Below are positions 1-12,559 of a stretch of DNA of 64,000 nt, in pieces; the stretch's first letter is position 1, and every line of letters starts with the position of its first letter. Source of the stretch: Octopus bimaculoides (taxonomy: Eukaryota); assembly GCF_001194135.2 (NCBI RefSeq), contig NC_068998.1:34490041-34554040 (forward strand). Reading direction: 5' to 3'. The position numbers and the translations under genes were made by a program. The notes beneath the pieces are model-generated. The model was not told the origin of the DNA. It worked only from the letters and a program-made list of their open reading frames with translations, and ran no database searches.

Positions 1-1229
1 CAACCCTACCATCACTACCATGTTTGGAAATCTTTGTGTCCTGGATAGGAGTAATCAGACCAATGCAAAGAGCTTCTTTAGATATTGAAGAGATAATCAA
101 TCCTACTTCATACTAATCATTCCACTGAATGAAAATTTTAAATAAATATGTTTTGCTAAAGGCAAACAAACCTGTAGTAGTAGTAGTAGTAGTAGTAGTA
201 GCAGTAGTAGCAGCAGCCGCAATGATTTCTTGTTTAAACTGCAAATGCAATGAAGACAATACAAACATTACAAGTAAATTTCATTAAACAAATATGAATA
301 TAAAATAGGATATAATGCGTTTATATCAACACAAATGATTTGACACATGTTTATTTATTCTGATACGGGGTTGGTTAGCTGGGAAAGCACCTCTATTCAT
401 CTGTCAAATCTGCTCTCATTCCCATGCGAACAAGTAGTTATTGATAAAACCTCAACAATTTGTCTTTAGACTCTGTTACAGGTATCTTCTGTCACCCACT
501 CAATTCAAGTTTCACTCAACAGGTGTAGCACAATACATGATTACCAGAACAAATGTGTCCTGATTATATTTTCAATACTAAAAAATCATTGCAACTTACT
601 ATATCAAACTTCTTAGATAGAATTCTTATGATCTCCAGTGTGTTGAATTGGTAGAGTACTTAAACTGTAGAGAAACATACCTTGCAGCATTTGCTCTGGC
701 TGTCTATTCTGAGTTCAGATCCTACCAAGACCAAATTTCTTTTCATCATTTTGAGTAAAATCAAGTAAGTGTCCAGATTGATGAATTGGTAGATGGAAGG
801 CATTGCGTTTTGAGTTATTGGGTTAAAATTCAGTGACTTAAGCTATCGTCTAGTTTGAAGCCACCACTTGGACCTTGGATGCTTTTAGCAGAATATAGTC
901 GATTGTCAGTTTTGGACCATGTCTCTATTTTGAGGGTAAACTCTTTCCTTCTTCACAAAAGATTCAGAATTCCTATCCACTAATAAAATGTTCACGCACA
1001 CTGCCTTTCATTCTTTGACTAAGTGCTAAAAGAAGTCAAGTTTGACTTCGGGCAAAAAAAAAAAAAAAACAACAAAAAACCCCTCAATACTACTATTACC
1101 TCCTCTTCTTTGCTGTAGTTGCTTTCCCTAAAACTATGGCTAATACTGAGTATATCCTTACGTAACAAATATTATATTCTAATAAGCCATCTGGATCCAT
1201 TTATCAGCACAAGTATATTTGAGTAGTTC

Positions 1230-1880
1230 AGAAGTTCACTTTGCAATTGTCTTCATAGTTCTGGGTTTGATCCCTTCTGCATCCTTGTAAACAAATGTCT
1301 TGTTCTTGAGCCTCATTTTGTCCAATATTTTGTGACTGCAATTTGAAAGATGAAAAGTATTATATATAAACAAACAATTCTTCCTGAATTTCATGGTTCA
1401 AAACTAAAAGAAAGAGAAAAAACTATAATAATGATAAATGCCCTGATGCAGTACCAAGCAGTGGCTCTCATGGCTTCTGATCTTAACTGATTGGAAGTGT
1501 TATCATGCACATGTTTTGTTTTAGTGTAAAAGATGGGCTACAGCAAATATTCTGCTCAATACCACAGATTTGCTTGTCAGTTGTTTGACCTTAACCAGTT
1601 GAGCATGTCCCTTGGCAGCTGACGATATGTGCATCACTGATCACAAGCAGAAGTAGTGGAAGAGCATCATAGCCATGTGCTGAGAGGAATTCTTGAGGGC
1701 ATGAATAATTCACTTCTAGAAACATGGGAGTTTCTTTCAACCTTCTTAAACAACTTATTCAGGGACCTTTTGAGTGGGATGGGCTACTCATCCAAAAGAG
1801 AATTCTAACTGGGCCCCACCTGCAAGGCCATGCCCTGTTTATCTTGATATGAGATGATCATGCCATGCACATATGGTTGT
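1230..1880 (+). mobile_element. Degenerate interspersed repeat (SINE-like head ~1230-1330 followed by a non-coding body)
   Basis: Decayed tRNA/CORE-like head (gtagttcagaagttcac...ctgggtttgatccc). The body (atgccctgatgcagtacc...gttgtgatgcatgtgc) is recognised from memory as a common Octopus repeat. Single copy in the window, no ORF. Confidence 0.4.
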
Positions 1881-1903
1881 GATGCATGTGCTGCTCTCTC
1901 ACT

Positions 1904-1904
1904 C

Positions 1905-1973
<69 letters not shown>

Positions 1974-2025
1974 AGGAGGGGAGGAGGGGAGGAGGAGGGA
2001 GAGAAGAAGAAGAAGAAGAAGAAAA
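1904..2025. repeat. Compound (AAT)n/(AAG)n/purine-rich microsatellite
   Basis: Directly visible; explains ORFs 1854..2066, 1873..2244 and 1903..2106. Confidence 0.95.
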
Positions 2026-3074
2026 CACATTACTTGGCTGGTACTTTATCACCCCAAAATAAATGATGTCAACCTCAGTGGGATACAAGTGAACATCACA
2101 AGGCAATTTTTGTCTGATGCTTTACCAATTCTGTCAAGCTATCATTCTCTAAGATGCACACATAAGGCCAACTTCTTAAGGTGGGGTAGAGTGGGCTGTC
2201 ATAAAAATAATGACAATAATCTTATCCTTACAAACAAAATATAGCACTAATAACATGTAACACATTGGAGACAATTACTATGAAAGAATGAAATTACACT
2301 ATCCTACGATGCACTGTACTGGTATTGATTTTGTGGTAACAGCACATCGTAAGAATAAGACTGCAAGTAATAATAACAGTTTTTACTCAGATATTGAACA
2401 TTTACATTTTTTTTATACTGCATATAATAACACCATCAGTATGTCTAATTATTCTTAGATTTTAAAGGTCAGACCGATTAATTCCCTTTATTAATATTCT
2501 CATTCTCATGTGGCATCAAATTCCACCACATAATTATTTAATTGATTTAAATTTTCTTATAATTTTCTTCTCTCTGCTAAATTTTTCCAATTTTGCAGAT
2601 AATTTCTCTTCTACTTTCTTCCACAGATTTCAAGTGAATTTGTTGATTGTTCTCTGCTGAATATCAAAGAACAATATTTCCTTTCCTTTTTGCTTTTTGT
2701 CTTTTTTGAAAAATATAAAAATATGTGACAGAAAGAAAGCAGCGGAGAAAGAAAGATAAAGAGAAAATTTTTTTACAGAAGAGCAAAGTTCTTAGAGTGA
2801 ATATAGCTATTATCGATGGTGACATGTTACATGTATAAGGCTAGTTTAGAATCTTCTAATTAAAATCTATACTACTACAATAATTAAACTTTAACAATCA
2901 CAAATTTGAATTTTCCAGCCCTTTACATTTCAAGTTCAAATCCCACCACAGTCAATTTTGCTTTCCATTCTTCCACAATCAGCAAAATAAAATGCCAGTC
3001 AAATATTAAAGCCAGTTTAACTGGATTACACTTTCCCTCCAATTTCTGGTCCTATACCTATATTATAAACATTA

Positions 3075-3297
3075 TTATTATTATCGATTTCAAATTTTGG
3101 CACAAAGCCATCAAGTCTGTGGGAGAGGGTAAGTAGATTACATCGACCCCAGTGTTTAACTGGTACTTATTTTATCAACACCAAAAGGATGAAAGGCAAA
3201 GTCAACCCAAGTGGCATTTGAACCCAGAATGTAAAGACAGATGAATCACCACTCGGCATTTTGCCTGGCATGCTAACGATTCTGCCAGCTTGTTACC
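3075..3297 (-). mobile_element. tRNA-derived SINE family B copy
   Basis: Reverse complement of the motif ttctgagttcaaat...tcaactttgcctttcatcctt...ataaaataagtaccagt, also seen at 7795, 45857 and 50376. Confidence 0.8.
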
Positions 3298-3318
3298 TGA
3301 GACATTATTATTATTAAT

Positions 3319-3506
3319 TGGCAGAATTATTAGTATGTCAAACAAAATACTTTGCAATATTTCATTACATTTTGAGTTCAGATCCCATCACTGTCAAACT
3401 TTACTTTTCGACCTTTCAGGATTAATTAAATGAAATACCAGTTAAGTAAATCGTATCAACTAGCCCCTTCTCCCAAATTTCAAGCTTTGTGCCTATATTA
3501 GAAAGA
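3319..3506 (+). mobile_element. tRNA-derived SINE family B copy (degenerate)
   Basis: tggcagaattattagtatg...ttttgagttcagatccc...aaataccagtt...tgtgcctatattagaaa; same family as the adjacent minus copy. Confidence 0.7.
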
Positions 3507-3619
3507 TTTATAATTATCATTGTTCTTGTTTAGCATAGGGCCTTTCCTGGGAGATATAGAGAGGTAACAAATGTCAGCTGTTCACCATCAGTGGACTAAA
3601 GTAACACTTCATTCAGATT

Positions 3620-4170
3620 TTGAGAACTTTGCAGAAGATTCTTGCATTTCTAAGCAATGCTATTTTTCTGTAGATTCTCTATTTTCACATTTATTTCTAT
3701 CATTTCAATCCATTTTGTGAACTTGGTACTTATAATTCCCATGGCCTCAACAGCAACAGATTCGATGCTCACCTTCTTAATATCTTCTTTTATATCCCAC
3801 TTCAAATTATATCTGACCAGTTTCTCTTTTTCTCTTTCTAATACCTTGTCATCACCAAGGCTTGCAATATCTATTATTAAACAGGTTTTTGCATCTTTAT
3901 TTACAGCTACTATATCTGGCTTTGATGTTCAATTTCATGATCCCATTGAATCGTTATATCCCTTAGTATCTCTACCTGGTCATTCTCAATTGGCCACACA
4001 ACATCTTTGTTCTGTCCAGTCCATACTTGCCACACACTTTCCTATGAAATATTCTCGTTACATTATCACGTCTTCTTTGTATTCATTTTGGGACAGCTTT
4101 TTACTTTCATCCACAATATGCTATACTGTATCATTTTTATGACTTATCACTTTCTGCTGTAAGAAGACAC
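3620..4170 (-). mobile_element. RLE-type non-LTR retrotransposon (R4/Dong-like) C-terminal remnant
   Basis: Minus-strand translation gives TV*HIVDESKKLSQNEY..RDNVTRIFH..IENDQVEILRDITIQWD..KPDIVAVNKDAKTCLIIDIA..GDDKVLEREKEKL..LQK.ALL..ARIF.KVL, i.e. zinc-knuckle tail plus PD-(D/E)xK restriction-like endonuclease, with frameshifts. Confidence 0.8.
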
Positions 4171-4496
4171 GGGACAACAAATTGCTAGAGTAGTGTTTAT
4201 TTTTGTCCTTTTACATTCTTAGTTCAAATACTATTTCACTTTTCATTCTTTCAGGTTCTCTCAGACAATACCAGACAAGTATTAGAAGTAATTTAGTCAA
4301 TTGTTCTTTCTCCTAATGTTTGTATCCAAGCGAATGTTGGAAACAATGATTATTATGGTTGAAGGTAGTATGTAAAATATCTCATTTATGGAAAGCATTC
4401 ATTTCAAATCTTTAATTATGCTGAGGGTAAAAATGTCTCATTAAAACAATAAGAATAAAATAATACATTTTGTTGAACTCACTACTTCAATGAACC

Positions 4497-4585
4497 GTGT
4501 GTGTGTGTGTGTGTGTGCGCGTGTGTGTGAGAGAGAGAGAGACCGAGAGAGAGACTGAGAGAGAGAGAGAGAGAAAGAGAGAGTG
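4497..4585. repeat. (TG)n(GA)n microsatellite
   Basis: Directly visible. Confidence 0.95.
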
Positions 4586-4589
4586 AGGG

Positions 4590-6090
4590 TAAACAACTGT
4601 AATTGGTGTTCGTCGACTTAGAGAAAAACTTCAAGAGGTTCCTTCAACCTTTGGCCTGGAGGTCAATGCAGAAGCTAACAATAGATGAATGGTCTGTGAA
4701 AGTTTTACAAGCTACACAAAGAGTTGCTGTCATTAAAGTGAGAGCTAGCAATGAGTACAGCAATGAATTTAGAATATATGTAGGAGTTTACAAAGACTCA
4801 GTTCTCAATCCTCTACCAAGTCATCATATTCCTCCAGACTGAAACAGAGGAGAGTAAGCAGAAAAACAGACAAGACACTACTCCTTTCGGTAAAATGACT
4901 CTACTCAATAAGAAGAAAAGGTGTGTAGATAGATACAAGTTACTTGGTGCAAACAATGTCTACACAAGATGTGCAGTGGAATCATAGGAAGATTAACAGA
5001 GAAAGCAGACTTTGTATGTGGCAGATGTGCAGGAATGATAAATACTAAAAAACACATAGGAAATAGACTTTCTTGCATGTTCAGGAAAATAACTTCAGGT
5101 TGTAGAAATGTTTTATTACATAAGTAATCTAATTAGTAGTAGAGATGGATGTTCTGAAAGTAAGATGCTAAAATAAGAACTGACTGAAAAGATTTCAGAG
5201 AACAATTACTCTTGATGATAAAAGCAGAAGGAAAGGTAGATTGTATGATCAGGGCTGGATTAAGACCCATCGAGACCCTAAGCCCTTAAAAGATTTTGGT
5301 ACCCCCATAAAAGATTATGTAATTCAAAATATAAACCTTAGCAAACCATAAAATAATTTTTTATTTTTCAAAACAAAACAAAACAGTAAGAGAGAAAATA
5401 ATGTTTATTTTTGTATACTTCCACTTCATTTATATTTGAAAAGTTATCTCCTACTTTTTGAATTGCAAAGATCCTCAAAATTAATCTTAGGTAACACATC
5501 AGATCCTCAAAATTAATCTTAGGTAATACATCTGCATCTATATTTAGTAGAGATAAAGGCATCCCGAATATTATTTTAGCAAGTTTAAAATGATTTCTGT
5601 GCCATAAACCATTTACCATTACTGTGGTGCTCCCTCCTTCCCTTGATGCCCTAAGCACATGCTTATTTTACTTAATGGTTAATCCAGTCACGCTTGTGTA
5701 CCAACAACAGACAGAATACATGTGAAAACATGAAAGAAACTAAGCTAGCATCCTCTGGATTTGCATTATTTGCATTATCAGTAGACATGTACAGCAAAGT
5801 GCAAATGTGTTAAGAGAAGAATTAGGCATAAGAGGAATTGGATGTAGGGTGCAAAAGGAAGACTGTGCTAGTATGGTCATGTGATGTATATGAATGAAAA
5901 AGCTGCATAAAGAGATTCTGATTTCTAAATGTTTATAAAACCTGTGGGAGAGGGAGACTCAGGGAGAAGCAGGACAAAGTAGTGAAGACTAACCTCAGAA
6001 TGTTAAGTCTTGTGAAAATGATAAAGTTCTGAGATCATTGACGATTCACTGTGCTTGAGAAGATCCATGCATCACAGCAAAAGTGAGGTC
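4590..6090 (+). mobile_element. RTE-clade LINE remnant (RT domain to C-terminus), interrupted by a MITE at 5250-5692
   Basis: ORF 4603..4842 (FVDLEK..F..LAWRSMQKL.IDEW.VK..Q....KVR..NEYS.EFRI.VGVYKDSVLNP) matches the RTE RT FVDLEKAFD...QGSVLSP region. Downstream decayed CxxC, GRLYD|ACV and GR.R..W motifs follow. Confidence 0.85.
5250..5692. mobile_element. MITE / non-autonomous DNA transposon with short imperfect TIRs
   Basis: Starts cagggctggattaa and ends ttaatccagtcacg; it splits the RTE codons tatgat|gcttgtgta. Internal 32-bp tandem duplication at 5469-5532. Confidence 0.7.
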
Positions 6091-7268
6091 CCATATGCAT
6101 TATGCTTATATTTATATATACTGAGCCCTGACCCTCTACCCAGTCTGTCCCTATCAAGCCTTCTTCACTTCTCATATTCTTAACATCCAGCCCTCCATCA
6201 TGCTTCTAATAATAGCACTATTTAGCTCCTGTATTTATTTACAAGCAAAGCTACACTTACTTCATTCACTTCTGTGCTACTAGTAATCCCTCTTCCTTGG
6301 AACCACTTCCTTTTCACGTCAGCCCTTCATTCTTCATTATCATCCCTTCCCACTTTATTTTCTACTGATCACCTTCTTCGTGCCACCAGTTATCACTCTC
6401 TTTCCCCTGAGCTACATTTTATGACTTCCATAGCTCATCCATAACACCCTATCATATCAGCTCTCATTCTCAATACCTTCTCTTCTTGATGATTGGTAGC
6501 CCACCATCACCTTTGTCTGCCACCCTCTATATCCAACTCTACACAGCTCCGACCTTCATCCTGTTACTATACATCCCCACCCACTCACAGCATATCTCCT
6601 TCCTATTTTCTGATCTATCTACAGTTCTCTTATACTGCTCCTTTCTACCCATTTTGTACTGTTACCTACCACTTCCTCCTTTCCTGAATCTCTCCCATTT
6701 GCTTTCATCTACCCCAACCATACACACACTCTTCTTCACCATCCACTACACTCACCTCTACCCCATTTCTAACCACCTGACACTCTTTTTACACACTCTT
6801 ATGAACTTTACCATCCATCCTACACAATCCTCTATCTGTATTCTCTCTTAAGCTCACCATTTTGTACCTTGGGTGTGTACTCAGGTACCTTTCCACTTGC
6901 ATCTTTATTTCTCTTTCCAGTTACTCCTAGCCATCCTTATATAATGCAGGGTCACTCTGAATCTTCTCTTCTGAAAGACACCTGCTGCTCTACATCACTT
7001 CTTTCTCAATTACATCTCTAATCAGTCAATGGAGCTTTCTTTTTTATATACAACTTACTCTGCAACTTCACTCATAATTAGTGTTATGAGAAAACCACAC
7101 TATAATGTGGTTGGTATCAAGACAGGCATTCAGAGATAGAAATCATGCCAAAACAGACATTGGCAATTTATGCAGTCTTGCAGCTCATTGGATCCAGTGG
7201 AACTGCCCAACCCACACCAGTAAAGCAGACTTTAAATAACTATGATGAAGATGATGATGGTAGTGGCA

Positions 7269-7315
<47 letters not shown>

Positions 7316-7668
7316 AATATGAGAGTAGAAAAACAGCAAACAACTGATGAAGGGCCGTTCTTTATGCTGTTTGCCTTGTTTTCCATTTGTGTCTTTTGTT
7401 GTTCAAAAAAATAGTTCATATTCCATGTACTTGTACTNNNNNNNNNNNNNNNNNNNNNNNNNNNNNNNNNNNNNNNNNNNNNNNNNNNNNNNNNNNNNNN
7501 NNNNNNNNNNNNNNNNNNNNNNNNNNNNNNNNNNNNNNNNNNNNNNNNNNNNNNNNNNNNNNNNNNNNNNNNNNNNNNNNNNNNNNNNNNNNNNNNNNNN
7601 NNNNNNNNNNNNNNNNNNNNNNNNNNNNNNNNNNNNNNNNNNNNNNNNNNNNNNNNNNNNNNNNNNNN

Positions 7669-7721
<53 letters not shown>

Positions 7722-7794
7722 CATACATGCACTAGTTTCAAGAATTTGTCAGAAAAACATCTGTCCATGGACACACAGACTTACTTATGAGTAC

Positions 7795-7890
7795 ACCAAG
7801 GTCAACTTTGCCTTTCATCCTTTCAAGTCGATAAATTAAATACCAGTTGCATACTGGGGTTGATCTAATCGACTGGTCCCCTCCCCCTAT
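7795..7890 (+). mobile_element. SINE family B, 5'-truncated
   Basis: caaggtcaactttgcctttcatcctttcaagtcgataaattaaataccagtt matches the other family B copies. Confidence 0.8.
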
Positions 7891-9077
7891 GGTAACTGAA
7901 ATTATTACATGCTGATGATTGTGAAAAGGCCAGCATCCTACGGATATCAAGTGGTTAAATAAATATATTCACCTCTTATGATCTCTCTCTCTATATATAT
8001 ATATGTATATACATCCCAATGTACATTATCAATCAAAAGTCTATACTACACAGAAGATATCTAGTCTGTTTTTTTTAGCTTTTCTAAAACAATATTTTTG
8101 TTGAAATTAAACAATTTGTTGTATTCAACCTTTTTAAAAATCGATGTCATTCCTCTATCCATAGACAAAATATAGTAATAAATTCTAGTATGATTATCTT
8201 GAACATTCTTTGAATCCTTCACATACCATTAGCAAACTTTTCTGAGTGTATGAACTCCAAATTTCTCATATTCTTCCTGAATTGCTGTAATTAAAGATAA
8301 CTTGGTTTTAAAAATTTCTTAAAATTCAGCTCTGACTTAATGATCAATCATAAATATTTAGTAGGTTCATGTCTGGAGTCTGTCCATATAAATGAAATTA
8401 TCAATTTCATGATTTTGAAGAAATTATTTCTCTTACTCAGCAGAATGAACAAGAGTATTGTCCTGTTGTTATATGGCCTGTCTGGAAGGTTTGAATTGGT
8501 GAATAAAATGAAGAGGCTACTCTTGTAGAATATCTTTTTTTGTAAATAATGCATAGTGACACTTTCATCCCCAGTGTCAGTGAACCAATACTTTTACTGA
8601 TGAATTACTTCTATACCATTTTAGCAACAGCCCTGACTCTTATCAGTCATAGGCAATCATCTCTACACAGTTTCTTTGATTTTCTCAGACTTACTTAAAG
8701 TTCACTTGGGTGTTTGATCCATTTCAGAAAATGGTATTTGGAAGAAACTGAGGTCCTTTCAGTATGATATTCTTTGTCAACAATTCTAAAAGACCAAAGT
8801 TTTCAAGCAAAAGCTTTAAGACAATTTCGAAATCATTTCAGAGATCTAATTGTGTTTCTGGAGGGAAATATTTTGCTATTAAGAAGTGATATTGTTCTGC
8901 TTTTGTACTCGAGGCTAATTTTTGTGAGTGTTCTCTTATCTCTATTTTCCTGGAAGCTTATCTAATTCTCTTTGCCCCTTTTAATACTTCTATTAAAGAA
9001 GTACTTTCTTCATAATGTGAACAAATCCTTTATAAGTTTAAAAAGTTTGCTTTTTAGTGACAGTTATCAAATGAACA

Positions 9078-9441
9078 TGGAGGCACAATGGCCCAGTGGT
9101 TAGGGCAGCAGACTCGCGGTCATAGGATCGCGGTTTCGATTTCCAGACCGGGCGTTGTGAGTGTTTATTGAGCGAAAACACCTAAAGCTCCACGAGGCTC
9201 CAGCAGGGGATGGTGGCAAACTCTGCTGTACTCTTTCTTCCTGTTTCTGTTGTGCCTGTAATTCAAAGGGTCAGCCTTGTCACACTGTGTCACGCTGAAT
9301 ATGTCCCCGAGAACTATGTTAAGGGTACACGTGTCTGTGGAGTGCTCAGCCACTTGCATGTTAATTTCATGAGCAGGCTGTTCCGTTGATCGGATCAACT
9401 GGAACCCTCAACGTCGTAAGCGACGGAGTACCAACAACAAC
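9078..9441 (+). mobile_element. Young full-length tRNA-derived SINE (family E; tRNA-Arg-like head)
   Basis: A-box TGGCCCAGTGG, B-box-like GGTTTCGATTTCC, retained CpGs, (CAA)n tail, and a 12-bp TSD ATCAAATGAACA at 9066-9077 and 9442-9453. Confidence 0.9.
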
Positions 9442-10268
9442 ATCAAATGAACACTAACTCTGATTCCTTAGAGTCTACAAGAATAGTTTCCTTGTCATTC
9501 AACAGTGGTCTCTTGCCCATGAGAATTTTGTCCAAATCAAAGTTGATGCTCTTGACATAAGCATTACTTTCACTCTGGTATATTATGGGAAGGTATAGCT
9601 AAGTTGCCTACATAAATTCTATAGCAATCTCATCTCTTGAAGTGGAAGCTTCATGTCAGAATGTATTATTGCATGGCTTTTTGTAAACTCATCCATCCAT
9701 GATGTGGTGATTGTCTCAACTCTTCTTCCATATTTTAATGACTCACTTTCTGTCGCTTTTTTCCTCTGTAGAAGCTACAATTACTCACTACTCCCTAACT
9801 TTCCACACACATTAATGTTATTTTAGTTCAGCCTCAACAGTTCACCCCTAAGCCTGCTTTGTACAAAGACCTTACAAATCCTTCAATTAATGTATAACAA
9901 ACTTGTTTTTTTGTTTGTATTTTTCCGCAATCACAAAGTCACTATCCTGGCACACATTAGAGTAACAGTTTTGTACCCCAGTCATGATCATTATTGTGTC
10001 TCTAAGTATGATTGGTAAGAGAAAAACATCACATAAATAACATTTGTCACTTACATTATCTGTTGTCTGCTGGAGGACGGTAGGGGTTTGCTCCCCTGCT
10101 GGCAAAATATATGTACAGAGTGCAGGCTGCACCTACAACCAGCCAGTGGAAGATCTGCCTGGGGTTAATCTAGTAGTAACAGCTATATTGATGTGGCAAA
10201 TAACTTTACTTGTTAGTATAGTTACCACTCTCTTCTCTTATTGAGATTTTACAACTAGCTACTTTGCT

Positions 10269-10301
<33 letters not shown>

Positions 10302-10319
10302 ATGTATTTATGTGTGTGT

Positions 10320-10540
10320 GTCTTTGTGTCTGTGTTTGTCCCCCCACCATTGCTTGACAACCAATGTTGGTGCGTTTCATCTCTGTAACTAATAGTTCAG
10401 CAAAAAAAACCCGAAAGAATAAGTACTAGACTTACAAAGAATAAGTGCTGGGGATGATCTGTTCAACTAAAACCATTCAAGGCAGTGCTCCAGCATGGCT
10501 GCAATCAAATAAATGAGACAAGTAAAAGAATAAGAGAATA
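10320..10540 (+). mobile_element. SINE family A, 3' half
   Basis: (TG)n then gtttgtccccccaccattgcttgacaacc...gtgctccagcatggc...agtaaaagaata; family has more than 10 copies in the window. Confidence 0.85.
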
Positions 10541-10551
10541 TATACTTATCA

Positions 10552-10850
10552 GCATCATCATCATCATTTAACATCCGCCTTCCATGCTAGCATGGGTTGG
10601 ACGATTTGACTGAGGACTGGTGAAACCAGATGGCTGCACCAGGCTCCAATCTGATCTGGCAGAGTTTCTACAGCTGGATGCCCTTCCTAACGTCAACCAC
10701 TCTAAGAGTATAGTGGGTGCTTTTACGTGCCACTGGCACAAGGGCCAGTCAGGCGGTACTGGCAACGGCCATGCTCAAAATGGTGTTTTTTACGTGCCAC
10801 CTGCACAAGAGCCAGGCCAGTGGCACTGGCAATGACCTCGCTTGAATGTT
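10552..10850 (-). mobile_element. RTE LINE 3' UTR/tail fragment (family C)
   Basis: (CAT)n tail plus tttctacagctggatgcccttcctaacg..aaccactc, the same 3' end as the long RTE at 55687-58653. Confidence 0.85.
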
Positions 10851-11417
10851 ATATATATATATGGTTAGATACCTATATTTGTTTATTTTTTATCCACGCC
10901 TATGTATATTTCCATGTATACAAATATGCAAATAGTTGGGCATAGTCTTTCAGTTTACAATAAGAGCTATTGTTATTTTGGAGAAATTTGACCTCTGAGC
11001 TAGAACTCAATTTAATCTCTCTGTCAGTATTAATTAAGTCCTGTTATTGAAACCAGTATAAAGTTCTTCCCTAATAATTTAATTTTCTTCAAATAATTTC
11101 ATTTAAATCCATTGTCAATGCAAACGTGAGTAGAATAAAGGATTGTACCAAGTCTTTCATGCATACACACATCTTAAGAATAACTTTCTGTTACAATCTT
11201 CCATCCTAAAGTTCACTGGCACTTATCAGTCATTTCAGTCACCAATTCTAAGATAAACACACTTTTCTATACACAGTAAGCAATTTATTCTGTCCTACAG
11301 TTGGGATCAACCCAGAATTAAATTAGACTGTCAAGTTTGGATAGAATCTACCCATCTATATCAGATAATATTTGCATTATGTAAAGTATATATTTTAATG
11401 TAATTTACAACCCTAAG

Positions 11418-11458
11418 AGTGTGTATGTGTGTGTGTGTGCATGTGTGTGTGTATGGGT

Positions 11459-11527
<69 letters not shown>

Positions 11528-11550
11528 CGTGCTCTCATGCATGTGTGTGT
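11418..11550. repeat. (TG)n microsatellite
   Basis: Directly visible; explains ORFs at 11413-11616. Confidence 0.95.
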
Positions 11551-11729
11551 ATATCTGTTCCAGCTTTTGTGTATTATTATTTCGAATCCTGCTTTCTCAT
11601 TGAAAAGTGGTAACACATCTGATGGAAGCTGTGACTGCTAGCATCAATTTCAAAAACCAGTAGAAGCAGTTTCCTTTAATTGATTGGAAGCTCAACTGTT
11701 ACAACGCATAACTGCATCAAGAAAGGCCG

Positions 11730-12245
11730 TTTCTATAAATTGCAGAGGGAACATGTGGATGGGGTAGACCCAGGAAGATGCGGGACAAAGTGATGAGAAA
11801 GGAGCTTCAGAATTTTAGCTTCGCAGAGGATATGACAAGGTACTCAGACTTCTGGTGGTTTGCTGTGCTTGAAAAGACATGCTAAGCTAAGCAAAATCAT
11901 GGCCATCCATGAATACAAGCATGTCCTCTACATCTGTATCTCAGCCAAGAGGTCCTAGTCTTGTGGACTCATGGGTGCAGGTGTCAGTGCCAGTGCTACA
12001 TAGGAGCACTTGTGCTGGTGCCACATAAAAGTGCCCATGCTGGAGTTATGTAAAAGCATCCAGGCTGGTGCCACATTAAAAGCATTCAATACATTCTGTA
12101 AAGTGGTTGGCGTTAGGAAGGGCATCCAGCTGTAGAAACCATGCCAAACAGACAAATGGAGCATGGGAGCTCTCCAGTTGGCCAGTTCCTGTCTAATCAT
12201 CCAATCCATGCCAGCATGGAAAACAGACATTAGACGATGACGATG
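11730..12245 (+). mobile_element. RTE LINE 3' fragment (ORF2 C-terminus plus 3' UTR)
   Basis: Translates to EGTCGWGRPRKMRDKV...WWFAVLEKTC*, then gtggttggcgttaggaagggcatccagctgtagaaa and a gatgacgatg tail. Confidence 0.85.
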
Positions 12246-12559
12246 TTACTGTCACACCCCGTCACTTGTGTACAATATTTGTGTATCATACATGTATGCA
12301 CTGGTGGTCAAAAGTCTGAAAACACTGATAAAAATAAAGTTTTATACTGCAATTGATAATGTAGATGATAAATAAAGAATGTATTTTATGATAATATTCA
12401 CAGATAACATGCAAATATTAATGTTATACTACTTACAATAAATAATCCCACCAAACTTAGAAGCTGAGTTGTAATAGCCAGGTATTGAATTTGGTTGTCA
12501 GAGGTTGTTTGAGAAGCATTTCTTTGTTGTGGGTGCTCATCTCCCCTATATCTTCTCAG

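Noticed and set aside
7310-7360. CTGATGAAGGG near a repeat end
   Set aside because: No complementary stem II or downstream GAAA.
9079-9150. tRNA gene calls for SINE heads (also 29586, 36781)
   Set aside because: The acceptor stems are not complementary and the sequences continue into SINE bodies with tails or TSDs.
8050-9880. Possible decayed LINE/PLE ORF on the minus strand interrupted by SINE E
   Set aside because: Only weak motif resemblance (e.g. KWYRSNSS); too degraded to assign.
12299-12326. Tc1-like TIR (cactggtggtcaaaagtctgaaaacact)
   Set aside because: No partner TIR or transposase remnant found nearby.
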